Assembly: GCA_043228905.1 (NCBI GenBank)
Contig: JBHGNT010000003.1
Coordinates: 17,112,001-17,176,000 of the forward strand
Length of the DNA stretch: 64,000 nt
Direction of reading: 5' to 3'
DNA from: Azolla caroliniana
Taxonomy: Eukaryota > Plantae > Polypodiophyta
Part shown: piece after piece, positions 11,543-25,350 of the stretch
How the letters are laid out: each line of letters opens with the position of its first letter
How positions within the stretch are numbered: position 1 is the first letter of the stretch
Program-made: the position numbers and the translations under genes
The notes under the pieces: model-generated
What the model saw: the letters and a program-made list of their open reading frames with translations, nothing else
Told to the model about the DNA's origin: nothing
Database searches by the model: none

Positions 11543-13548
11543 TGTTACCGGTCGGCAAAGGAGTCCAGAGTGGGAAACAGAGAGTTAATTAAGTAGTAGG
11601 AATGTGGTTGTAATTAAGCTATGAGTGTGGACGGACGGATCGGAAACGGTATGCCGTTCCGGATCCGGACCGATCTTGAACAGGTGCGGATAGAACCATT
11701 TTGTAATACAGACCGGAAACCTATTTAAAGGCCCAAATACAATGTAATAGTTAGCGGTTAATTAATGAAAGCTTAAGCGTTGTTATCTCTCTGTGTTAAT
11801 TGCCGTTCTGTCTTAATTGTTATATCTTACGCGTGTGTTATGAAAGACGATCATAATAAGTAACTTAACCAAGTAGGATTAAGCGTTGAAGTCTAATCCG
11901 GTTGCCGTAACACCCTTTGGTGAAGTGTCTCCCGTAGACACCCTATGTTAGGCCATTGTTCGGCCCGAAGAGTTAACACAGTTTTTGGCGACCACGATGG
12001 CAACCCCCCTTTGGAGACGGAGTCGAAGAATGATACGTGGCGATGCAAGTCAAAAACGATAAAATATGCAAGAAATGGTGATGGTGATTGAAAGCCATCA
12101 AGGAATGCAACAGGGTGATGTTGTGCGCAAGGAAGATGAAGAATGTTACGTGGTGATGATCTGCAAGAAATGGAATCGACAACAATATGCAAAAAATGGC
12201 GACCATGATGTGCATGAGAAGCAAGAAATGACAGATTGATTATCAGTGCCATGATTCTGATACAAATTAATGTCTATACAAGTGTATTTTGTTTGACATG
12301 TGATTGGTCTTTTTGGCTTGGATCTGATCGCAAAGAAAGAAGAAAAAAGCAAGGGAGAAATAAAGCCTATGATCTATGCGAGACCCAACCACCACATGTT
12401 GTATCTTCCAAAGATGCGAGAGTGCATTTCTATCCACATATGACCGGACACACATGGCCAGAAAGCAACCGAGTGGACCAAAGGGAATTGTTGGAACAAA
12501 GATGGAGAAGGCAATTAAGAAAGCGAAAGAAATACAAACCGACGCAGAAAGACAAGACTAGTCAAATGGCCCGGAACAAGGAACCAGAAGTACAACCAAA
12601 TGGGCTAACTCGCCGGAATGGCCAGACAGCGGGCAAGAGTGGCCGGAGTGACTGGATAGCAGCCAAAGTGTCTAAGTGGCCGGACAATAGTCGGAGCGAT
12701 TGTAGAGAGGTCGGAATGGCCGAATAACGGCCAGACAACGGCTGAAGAGCAACCGGGCAACAGTCTGCGCGGTTGGAGAGCGGTCGGAAGGGCTGGAAAC
12801 TGGTCGGAATAACCGGATGCAGACAGGCGACCGGGACGACGGACCGGACACACGACCGGAAGACAACAGACAAATGGTTGGGACAATAGCTGAACAACAA
12901 CAGGAGTGGTGGCAAATAATCAGCGGCGGCAGCGAAAAATTGGCGACGAAGATGGTCGGACAACAAACGGCCGAGTAAAAGCGGTCAGACGAATGACGAT
13001 GCCAAACAATGGCAGAACTGGCTGGACGAACCGGACAGACGAGCGGACGGGATGGACAAGCATCAGATAGCCGACGACCGGACAGACGGCGGGAGGAGGA
13101 CTGGAATCGATGGACACGCCGGACAAAGCACCGGACAATGGCCTAACACAGGGTGTCTACGGGAGACACTTCACCAAAGGGTGTTACGGCAACCGGATTA
13201 GACTTCAACGCTTAATCCTACTTGGTTAAGTTACTTATTATGATCGTCTTTCATAACACACGCGTAAGATATAACAATTAAGACAGAACGACAATTAACA
13301 CAGAGAGATAACAACGCTTAAGCTTTCATTAATTAACCGCTAACTATTACATTGTATCCGGGCCTTTAAATAGGTTTTCGATCTGTATTACAAAACGGTG
13401 CCATCCGCACCTGTTCGGGATCGGTCCGGATCCGGAATGGCATACCGTTTCCGGTCTGTCCGTCCACACTCATAGCTTAATTACAACCACATTCCTACTA
13501 CTTAATTAACTCTTCGTTTCCCACTCTGGACTCCCACTCTGGACTCCC
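11543..13548. mobile_element. Non-coding gypsy derivative with LTRs in inverted orientation
   Basis: LTR 11543-11978 (+) with PBS TGGCGACCACGA at 11986-11997; reverse-complement LTR copy 13131-13534; LTR homologous to 52746-53164. Confidence 0.88.
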
Positions 13549-15399
13549 GACGCACGGAACCGAGGAGGCGGTATACACGCAAAGAGAAGGGGAAAATGAA
13601 GATACCGGAGTACGTCATAGATAGAGGTGCATTGGATCAGGGTGAATCCGATTCCAACCAGAGTAAAAAGGAACCTCAAGAGTTGAGGTCAGAAGCGGCC
13701 AAGAGGGCCCTGAAATCAGCAAATGAGAAGTTACGTTGATCGACTTGCCACAAGAACCTGATGATCATGTATGGATATAATGAGTACATGGTGCATCATT
13801 ATGCGTACATGTCGAAAGTGGCAGAAGTCTACGAGTCGGAGAGCTATGCAGAGGGATCACAGGATGCCAAATGGCGATTCGCCATGGAGGAAGAAATGCG
13901 GGCACTAGATGTCAACAAAACATGGTCCCCTCTCCGTCATTGCAAACCGATCGGATGTAAATGGGTGTACAAAGTGAAGTACAACGCCGATGGTTCGGTC
14001 AACCGGTATAAGGCCCAATTGGTGGCCAAAGGCTATGCATAGACCATTTGCGATATGTGAGCGACACGAAGGATCGAGGACTACTCTATTAGCACGACAT
14101 AACCGAACAACTAGTTGGCTATACTGATGTAGATTGGGTCGGAGACGCCATAGATCAACGGTTGACATCATGGTTCATGTTCTATCTCGGAGGCGCCGCT
14201 GTAGTGTGGAGCAGCAAGAAGCCGCCGACAATGGCCTTGTTGAGCACTGAGGCTAAGTACCGAGGAGCCACCGTTGCTACATGCGAAGCAATATGGACTT
14301 ATAGGTCGAAGTTCCCACTTAGATCCGAATCTACTTTGATAACATTAGTAGCATACAACTGGCCAAGAACCCCGTATTCCATGCTCACACAAAGCACATA
14401 GAAGTGCATTATCACTTTGTGCGTGCGCGGGTCTTGAGCGGTGAAGTCAAACTCCAGTATATTCGAATTGATCGACAGGTTACCAACATTTTCACCAAGG
14501 CCCTTGGGACGGACAAGTTGTAGCACTTCTCGGAGATGCTTGGTATCCAACACCTCGACGTGCCACACTTGAGGGGGAGAAAAAGGTCAGGACTAGGACA
14601 TGGTCGTTTGTGGTGAAAGGCCTGAAGATTGAGGACGAATTGGAGACAACCAATTCGGACAAGGGCGGGAATGAATCAGAGTTGGCCAATTTGGTCGAGT
14701 GGTTTGAGTCGGAAGAACCGAATCATATAAAGGCCGACTAGACGAGATGGCAGCCAAAGCCGACAACGAAATAGAGGAGCCGACGGGTCGAGGGGCACCA
14801 ATGCCGCGATAACGAGGGAGTTGAGAAGTTCCTAAAGGGTGGACAAGCCGATTGAAGGGGTCGAGGAGCACAGAATCGGATGGGTCAAGAAGTGTTGAAC
14901 CAAAGGGGTCGTGGAATGTGGGATTGGACCGGATGAGGAGCGCGAGCAAGGCGTGAAGACGCCAGGAGGAGCCGGAAGATAGAACCGACAGAGCAGGAGG
15001 AATCTCAAGTTGAGCTTGAGGGGGAGTGTTGAGAGGCAAGCTCAACATGGGCGGGATCGGCTGAATAAGACGAGAACCGGATCGATGAGGAGCTGGCAAG
15101 CCATTAGTGGCCTATGCTCCTATGTCAGTAGCTAGGAATAACTTTAGGAGTTAGTGTTAGATGCTCTTAAGTGAACATTAAAGTATTGACGGTACTTGTG
15201 TCAGTATGTTGTTAGGGCTTGTATAAAAGTGCTCTCTGAGCACATTTGTATGTACAAAGTGTATTATTTTTTAATCTGAGATTTTCTGTTCTTCTGCTCT
15301 CTCTCTTTCTCTTTTGCATTTTGTGTTTCTCCATTGTTTCTCTGTGTTTTCTTTGTTGTTGTTTGGCTGAGCTGGTTGTGTTCTATCTTAGCTTCCACA
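13549..15399 (+). mobile_element. Copia 3' part (deleted RT, RNase H, PPT, LTR from 15027)
   Basis: KPIGCKWVYKVKYNADGSVNRYKAQLVAKGY; WSSKK..ALLSTEAKY; ttgagggggag PPT followed by tgttgagaggcaagctcaac; right end approximate. Confidence 0.85.
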
Positions 15400-15419
15400 C
15401 TTAAATGTTTTCACGCCTT

Positions 15420-18000
15420 ATTCAAATAGGCGTTTCACGGTGCCGAACAAGAATGGAACACTTCGATTTATCCAAGGTCTACAACTAGTAAACGATGTCA
15501 CCATTCGTAATGCTGAGATTGGGCCTAGTGTTGATGAGTTTGCTGAAGCTTTTGTGGGAAGGTTGAGATACTCAATTGGAGACTTGTATTCTAGATACGA
15601 GCAATTTCAGCCGTCTTTGGATAGTCGGGACATCACAACAATGCGGACTCCCATCGGGCTAGTAAGGATGTGTACATTAATGCATGGGTCAACTAACTTG
15701 GTGATCCATATGATGAATGCAATGAACAAAGTACTAAGAGATCGCATCCCAAATATTATGATGCTTTTCCTCGATGATATCCCTAAAAAAGGGTGCCTTG
15801 AACCAAAGGACGAGTCTTTAGATCAAGATGGATGTCGAAGATTTGTTTCAAACATATTGAAGACTATGAGAGAGTACTACAAAGACTAGAAGGTGCAAGG
15901 CTTGTGTTCTCCGGAGAAAATTCGACATTCGGCCAAGGCGAGATCCTAGTAGTGGAACATCTTTGCATACCATATGGACAAAAACCTCCCCGAAAAAGTG
16001 GATGCCATACAACAGATGGAAGAAGAATGTGAAACATAGACAGAAGTACGAAGATTCTTAGGAGCATGTGCTTTCTACCATATATGGATCCCGCATTATG
16101 CTCACGTGGTTGAACCCTTGTATAACCTACTTAAAAAAGGGAGAAAGTTCAAATGGGAGCCGATACACACGGAGGCTATGAAGCAACTAAAGGAACTTCT
16201 ACTTAAAGCTCCAACACTAAGGAAGCCAACATATACAATTGAGTCTCTGATCTTTGTCACTATGGATGCTAGTCCAACTGGCACTAGATGGGTAATAAAT
16301 CAAGAGAATGAGGATGGCAGGTGATATGCAATTCAGTTTGGTGCGAAGATCTTAAGTGAAATGCAAAGGAATTACGCCCAAGTGAAAGAACTATGGAGGT
16401 TGTAACAACAGTGAAGACGGATCGAGATTACCTAATTGCAACCGAAGTAGTCATTAAAACAGATTGTTTTCCGATCCTGGGAATGATTTTCGGATGCTCA
16501 ACACCAAATATATCCATGCGACGATGGATAACTTACGCCAAAATGCTTACGTCAAAATGGATAACTTGTGACATATAGAAGGAAGGGATAATATTATGGC
16601 AGATATGTTCTCTAGAGCTAGGTATAAAATGGAAGCTAAAGAAAGGAATGATGAAGAAGAACTCGACTTTTTCAAGACAACACTTGCAACTGATGAGAGA
16701 GAAGGCAAAGATACAATTTCAATGTTTAAGGAGGACAAATATGAGGGTGAGTGGTTGCACATTGGAAGGTTCTTAAGTACAATGACAACAGACCCTTCGT
16801 GGTTAAAGGAAGAAGCACAACAAATCCAGAGGCGGGTGTACAAGTACTTCCTATGAGAAGGGTATATCTGGAAACACCTGAAGAAGAGAACAAGAACACC
16901 ACATCGAGTGGTTATTAGGAAGGAGGACTAAACAACATTTGTGTCTAAATTTCACGAAAGCCCTACATGGAGGAATATGGGTAACCTTCGAAAAGTTAAA
17001 GGGAAAATACTAGTGGCCAGGAATGTACAAAGATAACGTGCATTTCGTGGAGACTTGCAAGAGTTATCAAATATATTCAAATGTACGACACAGAGATGAG
17101 TTGCATCCAACCTACTCTCTCACCGTGCATTTCAAGTGGATGGTAGATTTAGTTTCGATGCCAATGGGAGTGGGTAAGATGAAGTACCTTGTACTAGCAA
17201 GAGAAGACCCAACAAATCAGGTAGAAGGGAGGGCCTTGAGGAACAAAACAACAACAACTGTGTGTAAATTCTTGCTCGAAGATGTTATCTATCGGTATGG
17301 TTGTGTGAGCAAGACAGTAGCAAATAAAGGGGAGTTGAATGCTCATGAAGCTATGGAGATCTTTGGGTGACTTGGAGTGAAGCTTTCTCTTACAATTGCT
17401 TACAACCCGGAAGCGAATGGAAAGGTGGAGTGTGGGCATGGGCCCATAGTCAAGGCTATTGTAAGAGTCAGTGAAGGGCGAGTTGGGATTTGGCCACAAT
17501 TATTACCCTATGCATTGTGGGTTGATAGAACCACTCACAGTACAGTAATAGGTTTTATGCTAGCTGAGCTCATGCCCATAGAAAAAACAATCGTATCATG
17601 GGTGGCAATGCCGTGGGAAGGTGAGAAGACTTGAGAATATCTTTTAGCGACACAAATAAGACAACTTGAAAGAAAACCAACATATTTGGAGTTGGCGAAA
17701 TAAAAGTTAAAAACAACCAAACTAAAGAATAAATCAAGGTTCGACAAGACACACCGACTACACCCCAGGAAGATTGAGGAAGGTGACTGGGTGCTTGTAT
17801 ATGACACTAGTCTCAATAATCAACATAGTTCAATGAGGAAGTTTGCGAAATGATGGTTTGGACCATATGAAGTGACTTGAGTCAATAACAATACCACTTA
17901 TCACCTCAACAAGTTAGATAGAACAAGGTTTGTTGTACCGATGGCAGGAAAGAGAATTAAGATTTTTAAGAAGTAACAAGATGTTGAGCCATGTCCTAAG
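15420..18000 (+). mobile_element. Degenerate Ty3/gypsy pol (RT, RNase H, integrase)
   Basis: FLDDI RT motif; FVTMDAS RNase H; KWMVDLV and AYNPEANGKVE integrase; many stops. Confidence 0.88.
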
Positions 18001-18017
18001 GCCTAATAACATTTGAG

Positions 18018-21000
18018 TGTTGAAAGATCAAGCTCAACTTAATTTAGTTATTCAGTCAACCATGTAACTTCGTAGTTACCTAGATAGAATGTAGTTAGGA
18101 GTGTTGACTATAACGCCTTAAATAGGACCTTGTACTTAAGTGGGATATTCTAGATCCTCCACTCCTAAGTACATTTAATATAGGACTTACACCTTAGTAC
18201 CTATATTCTACTCACTCATGTGCACCTTTGCACATGAGATGTATATATACCTCATTGTGGGTATTTTTGTATTTGATGATGATGATGCTTATTTAATATA
18301 GAGTTAATCATCCCCCATCTTGTGTTGTTCATAAGTGTAACTTCCTCTCTCTCTTCCTCTCACACACATACAGACACATATCAGTTAATCTTCCACTTAG
18401 CTTAATCACATAATTAGGTACTAATTAACCTGTACTTAATCACCTAATTCTTAACATGGTATCAGAGCATGTGGTTTAGCACATCCACCAAGTTCACCCA
18501 ACTCTGTGTAATTGTGTGTTCGAAACGCCAACAACAAATTCCGGCTATTCGCTACCGTAGTGCCGCTACGTAGCACGAGTACATGATCGAAGGAAAAAAA
18601 GCAAAACGGAAGGCACTACAATCAACATGAACACAGAAATGGGTAGCTCGCTCCCTAGTGAAAAGCTAGATTGGAGCAATTATTCATCTTGGGAGTACAA
18701 GTTAACCCAATACCTCGTCGACCAAGGGTATTGGAGCTACATCAATGACGCACAAGAAAATCTACCCGACCCAAAGAACGCTAACTACTCAACATGGGAG
18801 CAAGTGACAAGTCGAGTCATGTATTGCTTGGCAACATGTGTCCACGACCACATGCATAGCCACATTCGAGACGCCAAGATGCCTAAAGAAGCGTGGGCAA
18901 ACTTAAAGAAAATGTTTACCGCCAACACGACTGCCCAAAAGCTTCAACTCTGATAAGAGTTGAACAACATTCGGCAAGAAGATATGTCTATGTCGGACTA
19001 CACCGCTAAGATCAAGAGCATTTGCGACTCGCTTGGCTCCATCAACATAATCGTCGACAAAGACGAGATGGTTCAAGTATGCTTGAGCGGCATCGCACAA
19101 CGATTCGACTCATTGAGGATGACAATCTTAGCGAGGGAAAACCCTCCGTTCTTTGACCTTCAATCAATGCTATTGGTTGAAGAGAACCATGTCCGAATCA
19201 AGACCAAGACGTCAGAAGGACAAATGTTCTTCTCAAGTTCGGACGGTGGCCGAGGACGAGGTCAAGATGGTAGACGAGGTCAATTCGACCCATCACACGA
19301 AGGGAACTCAAACCTTCATGGAAGCCATTGAGGAACCTTCGGAAGAAGGGGGAGCTTCCATGCCGAACAAGGTCGACAAATGAGGCCCGCAACTTGCAAC
19401 TATTACGGAAAAATCAGCCACCGCGAGGAGTGTTGAAAAAGAAGAAGCGAGTCGGCTTTGACAAGTTGACAACTCACGAATTACGTCACCAACTTCGAAT
19501 ACAACGACTACGGTGGACTATAATGAGGCATAGAGTGAACTCTATGTCGGCCTTCGACTCCACAAGCACCTCCAATTCAGAAGAAGTGTGGTTCGTTGAT
19601 TCCGGCGTCTCACATCATATGACGTCACACCAAGAGTGGTTTCGTGACTTACGAATGCCGGACTGACCCAGCTTCATAGAGACGGGAGACAACACCACGC
19701 ATCCCATTTGACACATTGGCAATGTGCCATTCGAGAAAGAAGGCGAGCAAACATGCATCAAGAATGTCTTGCATGTGCCCACAATAACGAAGAATTTGGT
19801 CTCGGTTGGCCAAATCATGGAACACGAAATGCAAGTCCGCTTCAACAATGAAGGTTGTTTCATCGAGAAAGATGGTCGACTCATAGCCAAGGGATGGAGA
19901 GACGGTCGAATGTTCATCCTCAATTCGAACGAGGTGAAATCGGCCATGTATGCCAAAGGTCTCAAAACTGGGACAAGCATCGAGTTGTGGCACAAGAGAA
20001 TCGGCCACATCAACCTCCAACGGCTCCGAGCTATGCAAACAAAGGGAGTTGTCATCGGACTTCCAGCATTCGAGTCGAAACGAGTCGACCGAGTATGCGA
20101 AGCATGTCAACTCGGCAAACAACATCAACTCCCATTCTCGAAGGAGAGCTCCACAAGCAAAGGCCTCCTCGACATCATACATTCGTATGTATGGGGACCG
20201 TCTTAAACGCCAACAATCGGTGGATGTTGATACTACGTAACCTTCATCGACGACTACTCCCGCTATGCGTGGATCTTTCTGATGACGAAGAAGAGCGAAG
20301 TGCTCTCCCACTTCCAAAGGTCAAGGGCCAAGTGGAGAAAGAAATCGGTCGACACATTCGATGCCTACGATCGGATGGAGGCAAGGAATACTTCTCCGAT
20401 GAATTCACCTCCTACCTCCAAAGTGACGGCATTTAGAGAGAATTCTCGTGCCGACACACACTCCAACAAAATGGAGCCGCCGAAAAGAAGAATCGGCAAA
20501 TACTCGAGGTAGCATGCGCCATGATGCATGAGAAACACATGCCGAACTTCTATTAGGCCGAAGCGGCATCCACGACCGTCTATCTCATGAATCAATGTAC
20601 CACCAATGGAGCACATGAGCTCCTTATCGGAAGGAAGCCGATCCTGTCGCACCTCAAGGTGTTCGGAAGCATTGTGAATGTACGCATCCCGAACGAACAA
20701 CGACAAAAGTCCAACGTGAAGTCGGAGAAATATATCCTTGTAGGATACTCGTCCGAGAAGAAGGCATACCAGTGCTACAACCCTTCTACCCAAGCGGTTC
20801 GAGGAAGTCAAGACGTAGTCTTCAAAGAGTCCGCATTTTGGTACGCACCAGAGACAACTTCGACTTTGCTCGACCTGGAATCTGCCAAACAAGTGGTAGA
20901 AGATGGAGATCACTTTGAACAAATGTTCGAAGAAAGTTCGATTACGACAAGGATAAGTGGGCCACAAGAGCCCCCGCATAACCCAAGCACATCACGGCCA

Positions 21001-21897
21001 AGTCTGCACTTGGACAAAAGCAAAGGTAAGATGCTCGAATACGAAGTCAACCACCCCGACAATAGTGATTTGGATGTGTCGGCTCGCTCACTAGACAATG
21101 AGTTTGGTGTACCCATCATGCGGACACTCGGAGCAAAGAAGGCGCTCACATTGGCGAGTGAAAAACTTCGACGCTCATCTAGAGCTAAGAACCCTGTCAC
21201 TCGGCTCGGCTACAACGAATACATGGCCCATCACTATGCCTTCGCAATGAAGGTAGCGGCCGAACAAGAGCCTAAGAGCTCCACTAAAGCGACTCGTAAT
21301 CCACGATGGGTGGAAGTAGTCGACCTTCGCCCACACACTATAAGGCTTCATCACCAGCTTGAGGGGGAGGAACCGAGATTGTCACGACGAAGAAAGCCGA
21401 AGGCCGGACGGAAGCACACGAAGCTGACGAAAGCCAAAGCAAATGTCAGACGCCTCACACTTGAGCTTAAGGGGGCGTGTTGAGAGATCAAGCTCAACTT
21501 AGTTTAGTTATTTAGTCAACCATGTAACTTCGTAGTTACCTAGATAGAATGTAGTTAGGAGTGTTGACTATAACGCCTTAAATAGGACCTTGTACTTAAG
21601 TGGGTTATTCAAGATCCTCCACTCCTAAGTACATTAAATATAGGACTTACACCTTAGTACCTATATTCTACTCACTCATGTGCACCTTTGCACATGAGAT
21701 GTATATATACCTCATTGTGGGTATTTTTGTATTTGATGATGATGATGCTAATTTAATATAGAGTTAATCATCCCCCATCTTGTGTTGTTCATAAGTGTAA
21801 CTTCCTCTCTCTTCCTCTCACACACATACACACAATCACTTAATTTTTTGCTTAGCTTAATCACATAATTAGGTACTTAATCACCTAATTCTTAACA
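18018..21897 (+). mobile_element. Ty1/copia element with both LTRs but RT-RNase H deleted
   Basis: LTRs 18018-18456 and 21478-21897; PBS TGGTATCAGAGC 18457-18468; gag (KLDWSNYSSW), PR (WFVDSG), INT (LWHKRIGH..CEAC); pol jumps from NPRWVE to the RNase H end at ~21315; TSD ambiguous. Confidence 0.92.
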
Positions 21898-22047
21898 GAG
21901 TGCATACAAAGGGGTGCAACAAGGTTTAAACCTTGTACCTCTAAGATAGAAGACATTTGGATTACCATTAAGACTACTATCATATACTTTAAATATTTAT
22001 TTCCTTTCCATATTCAACTTATATACGAAACAACCATACGAAACCTT

Positions 22048-22210
22048 GTGCACGAAACCATGGTTCCAAGCCCATGGTTTTGTGCATGTCCCAAAACAAA
22101 ATCGTGTGCACAGAAACCATGGTTCCAAGCCCATGGTTTTGTGCATGTCCCAAAACAAAATCGTGTGCACAGAAACCGTGGCTCCAAGCCCATGGGATTT
22201 GTGCATGCAC
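22048..22210. repeat. ~59-bp tandem repeat, ~2.7 copies
   Basis: gtgcac(a)gaaaccatggttccaagcccatggttttgtgcatgtcccaaaacaaaatcgt starting at 22048, 22106 and 22165. Confidence 0.93.
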
Positions 22211-22279
22211 AAACCTATAAAAACCCTAATAGAGCTTGTGTAAAAGGGGGGGCAATTTGGGAGATCATTATCATCATCA

Positions 22280-22490
22280 TCATCATCAATAATATAATAC
22301 TATTCTTCTTCTTCTTCTTCTAATTTATCTTCTTCTCAAGTGTACAAATCTTTGTTATTTTCAAGTGTGGCATTTGTTTCCTCACCTCTTACGTTAAAAT
22401 CGTCGTCTTTTCGTCCTCCCCGGTCCGAGACCCCGTTGGTCCCTCTCACATGAAGCATGCACGCACAAACGCGCATTTTCGCAACGTAGC
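22280..22490. repeat. Second copy of the repeat at 1-260
   Basis: Direct-orientation similarity to the window start. Confidence 0.75.
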
Positions 22491-24333
22491 ATAAGGACAT
22501 ATGATCAAGTGAAGTGTGAAGATCCAAGGAAGATGAGATATTGGGACACATCATCCAAACCCTTGAGTAGAAGCAACACGTAAATCACGTCCCAACATGA
22601 TCCGTGTTGCGTCAAGTGTGGGGGTCCACACCTAGCGCGGGAGAACAAGAAGAGTTGGAGTCCCATGTTCGGGTGAAGGCAATGGCAATGAAGGTGTGTT
22701 CAATCAAGGCCAAAGAAGTGAGTCCTAAATGGAGCAAAGAAATGCAAGAGAACCAAAGACAAGACTTGGGAATTGAGGTTGTCCCAACCAAGATCGGTGA
22801 TCACAGTGCAAAGGAAAGAAGGACGTAAGGATCCTTAAAGTGTAAAACCGAGCAAGGGTTGAGAATCGAGTGTATCCCAACCATGGTGAATGAGGAAGGC
22901 CGGCTCGAGACAAAGAGCAACAAACAAGTCCTCGAGGTGGAAGGGATCATGTGAAAGACTGAGAAGCTTAAGGTAGAATAAGGATCGATGAGGGAAGGCT
23001 CAACAAAGAAGGGGGAAAGGCCTATAAAAGACAAAGGCAAAGTGATTGAGAGCGAATCGAAGGAACCAAGGTGCGAACCCAAGCCACAAAGGAGCTTGGG
23101 ACAATTTTGTGAGCTTGATGGGACTCAAGCTCCATGTCAATCGAGTGAATGTGGAGCCCCTATCTTGTCCCAACTAGGACACAACTCCAATCTGAACCAG
23201 GACTCACTATGGGACCCAAGCTTTGGAGGCGCTCTAGTCCCAGAACATATTTTGGAAGGTTGGCTCAACTCATCTTGGCTAAGTCCCAACCCCCAATTTG
23301 GGACTGTTGTAAGCTTATCTCTTGAATATAATATAACTCGTCTTTTGTGTTCCAATTTCTTTGTCCCAACCGTGTTTTATAAGTTTATTGAGACCCCCAT
23401 AAAACAGGGGCATAACATAACGATAATGTAGGTGATAGAAATTCCTTTTTTGTGAATGAGTGTATGAAATAAATGGCACTTGTCAACCAAGAGCATGTGA
23501 AACAAAAATACGTGGTGTCACATGTAGTCAATGATAACAAGAGCACATAGAACAAAAATCAAATCTTTGTAGGATAAGTCAAGCATTTATATGCTTATTT
23601 TTCAAATATCAACCTTGAAGACCATTGATCCATTGCATTTAATGGATGAATTGAAAAGAAATGGATAAATCTCATTGTTTCACACAACTTATGAATACCA
23701 TGCTAGATTCATCTCTCAAGGAAAACGTGTTACGGTCCTAGAACGAGAGATATGTACCTTTAAGATCCTATTGGCTTGTGTGGAACACTCACCTTCATTG
23801 GTCATACAAAGTCCATGTAAAGGGATAACACCAAAATTTTCAGCTTTGTTTGACAATGCGAATGATATTTGGAACTATTTCTTAGTACTACCCACTTGAA
23901 GGCAAAGACTAGGGATGTTGAGGGACTTATTTGAGGATACCGCAAAATTCAACGCAAAGGAATTACTCAGCATCGTTACTTTGACACACACACATGAACC
24001 ATCTTATATGGATAAAGTTGTCCAAAAAGGAGAGGGAAGGAAGAGATAAAAGGTTTAAGAGGAATTGCAAGCTTTCATGAGTTAGAACTGTCTAATGGGG
24101 CATGTAAAAAAAAATCATTGACGATAATTCTATGCAAGCAGGAGGTATGTGTGCAAGTGATGTGTATGAGGTACAATACTGTAAAAGCACTACATCAAAA
24201 TAATGTGAACACGAAGAACAACAAACTTAATGGATTATCTTCCATTTCTTTCCGTTCAGTAATTAAATAACAAATATATACAACTTAACTTGAGTTACCT
24301 TGCAGAACGATCACAAGGAAACAAAATTCATCA

Positions 24334-24560
24334 TCAACTGAACCTTGCATTTCTTTTGGACTCCATTTCTTTCCTTTGCAATTCTTCAAGTTCTATATTG
24401 CTTGTTGCGTAGGCTCCACATATTTGAGCATTTCGGGGCTGTAATCTTAGTGCATCTTCAAATAGTTGTTTAGCTTGATTAAGGAGGTTTATCCTCTCAG
24501 GACTCATCATTGGATGTAACCGAGATCTGGCCTTTAGAGTAAGACCCCACTTCAGCATAG
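24334..24560 (-). CDS. TPR-like protein, exon 3 (last)
   Basis: Acceptor tttttccag; phase 1 joins exon 2 to give YAPD-AMLKWGLTLKARSRL...AKQLFEDALRLQPRN; stop at 24334. Confidence 0.88.
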
Positions 24561-24987
24561 CTGGAAAAACATACAAAATTAAGTACCAAAATTTTTAGGT
24601 GGTTTTCCACATTATTCACTTTCGATGGTAAACCAATTTATCACCAAAAACTTGTTGGGAGACTCATATTTTTGAAATATCTTAAGTGTATTTTCTTTTT
24701 AAGGAGACTTCAACGTTTAGAACTCAACTTCTGTAAGGAATTAAGAGAAAAAAGGTGTTTTCGTTATGAGTATTGACCATTGATGTAACGTTTCCTTCCT
24801 TTTCCTATATAAACCCTAGTCTTAACAATTGTTGCAGTTGGATTAAAAACAACCCTAAGTTTCGTGCTAGCATTTTATGCTTAATAGTTTGAGCGTTAGG
24901 TTATTGATAATCAATTGACTCTCTAACCATTGGTATCATCTAGAGTTGAGATATTCATGTGTTAAGTATGAACTTAATATTTCCTTA

Positions 24988-25350
24988 TTGTTAGCATGGA
25001 GCAAAAGTTAAGTGGGTCTCCACTTTTGGGTCGATTAAGGCATTACTCCCACATACATGTCTTATATTATGGCATGTTCTCCCCATTGTTCTAGCAAGCC
25101 TTAATCCACACTTCCGAAAACCACATCACACTCACCAATTAACTGCATGTATCTAAAGAGGCCAACAGCCATAGAGAGAGATTAGATTAGATATTTTTTA
25201 GCTTTCTCACTTATACAATCATGTGTTCTTCATTTATATTGTTAGCATGGAGTGAATGTTAAGAGTATCTCCATTTTTGGGTTGATTTAGGTGTTAATTC
25301 CCCACCTACATATGTCTTACATTATGACATGTTCTCCCCATTGTTCTAGC
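24988..25350. repeat. Diverged two-copy repeat, period ~250 bp, in intron 2
   Basis: ttgttagcatggag...ttttgggt.gatt...atgttctccccattgttctagc at ~24988 and ~25239. Confidence 0.75.

Noticed and set aside
18013-21902. TSD for the 18018-21897 copia
   Set aside because: Flanks TTGAG and GAGTG match only if a TG slip is assumed; not claimed
22048-22210. Palindromic repeats as CRISPR, or the overlapping small ORFs as genes
   Set aside because: Head-to-tail minisatellite with identical intervening sequence; the ORFs are by-products of the repeat
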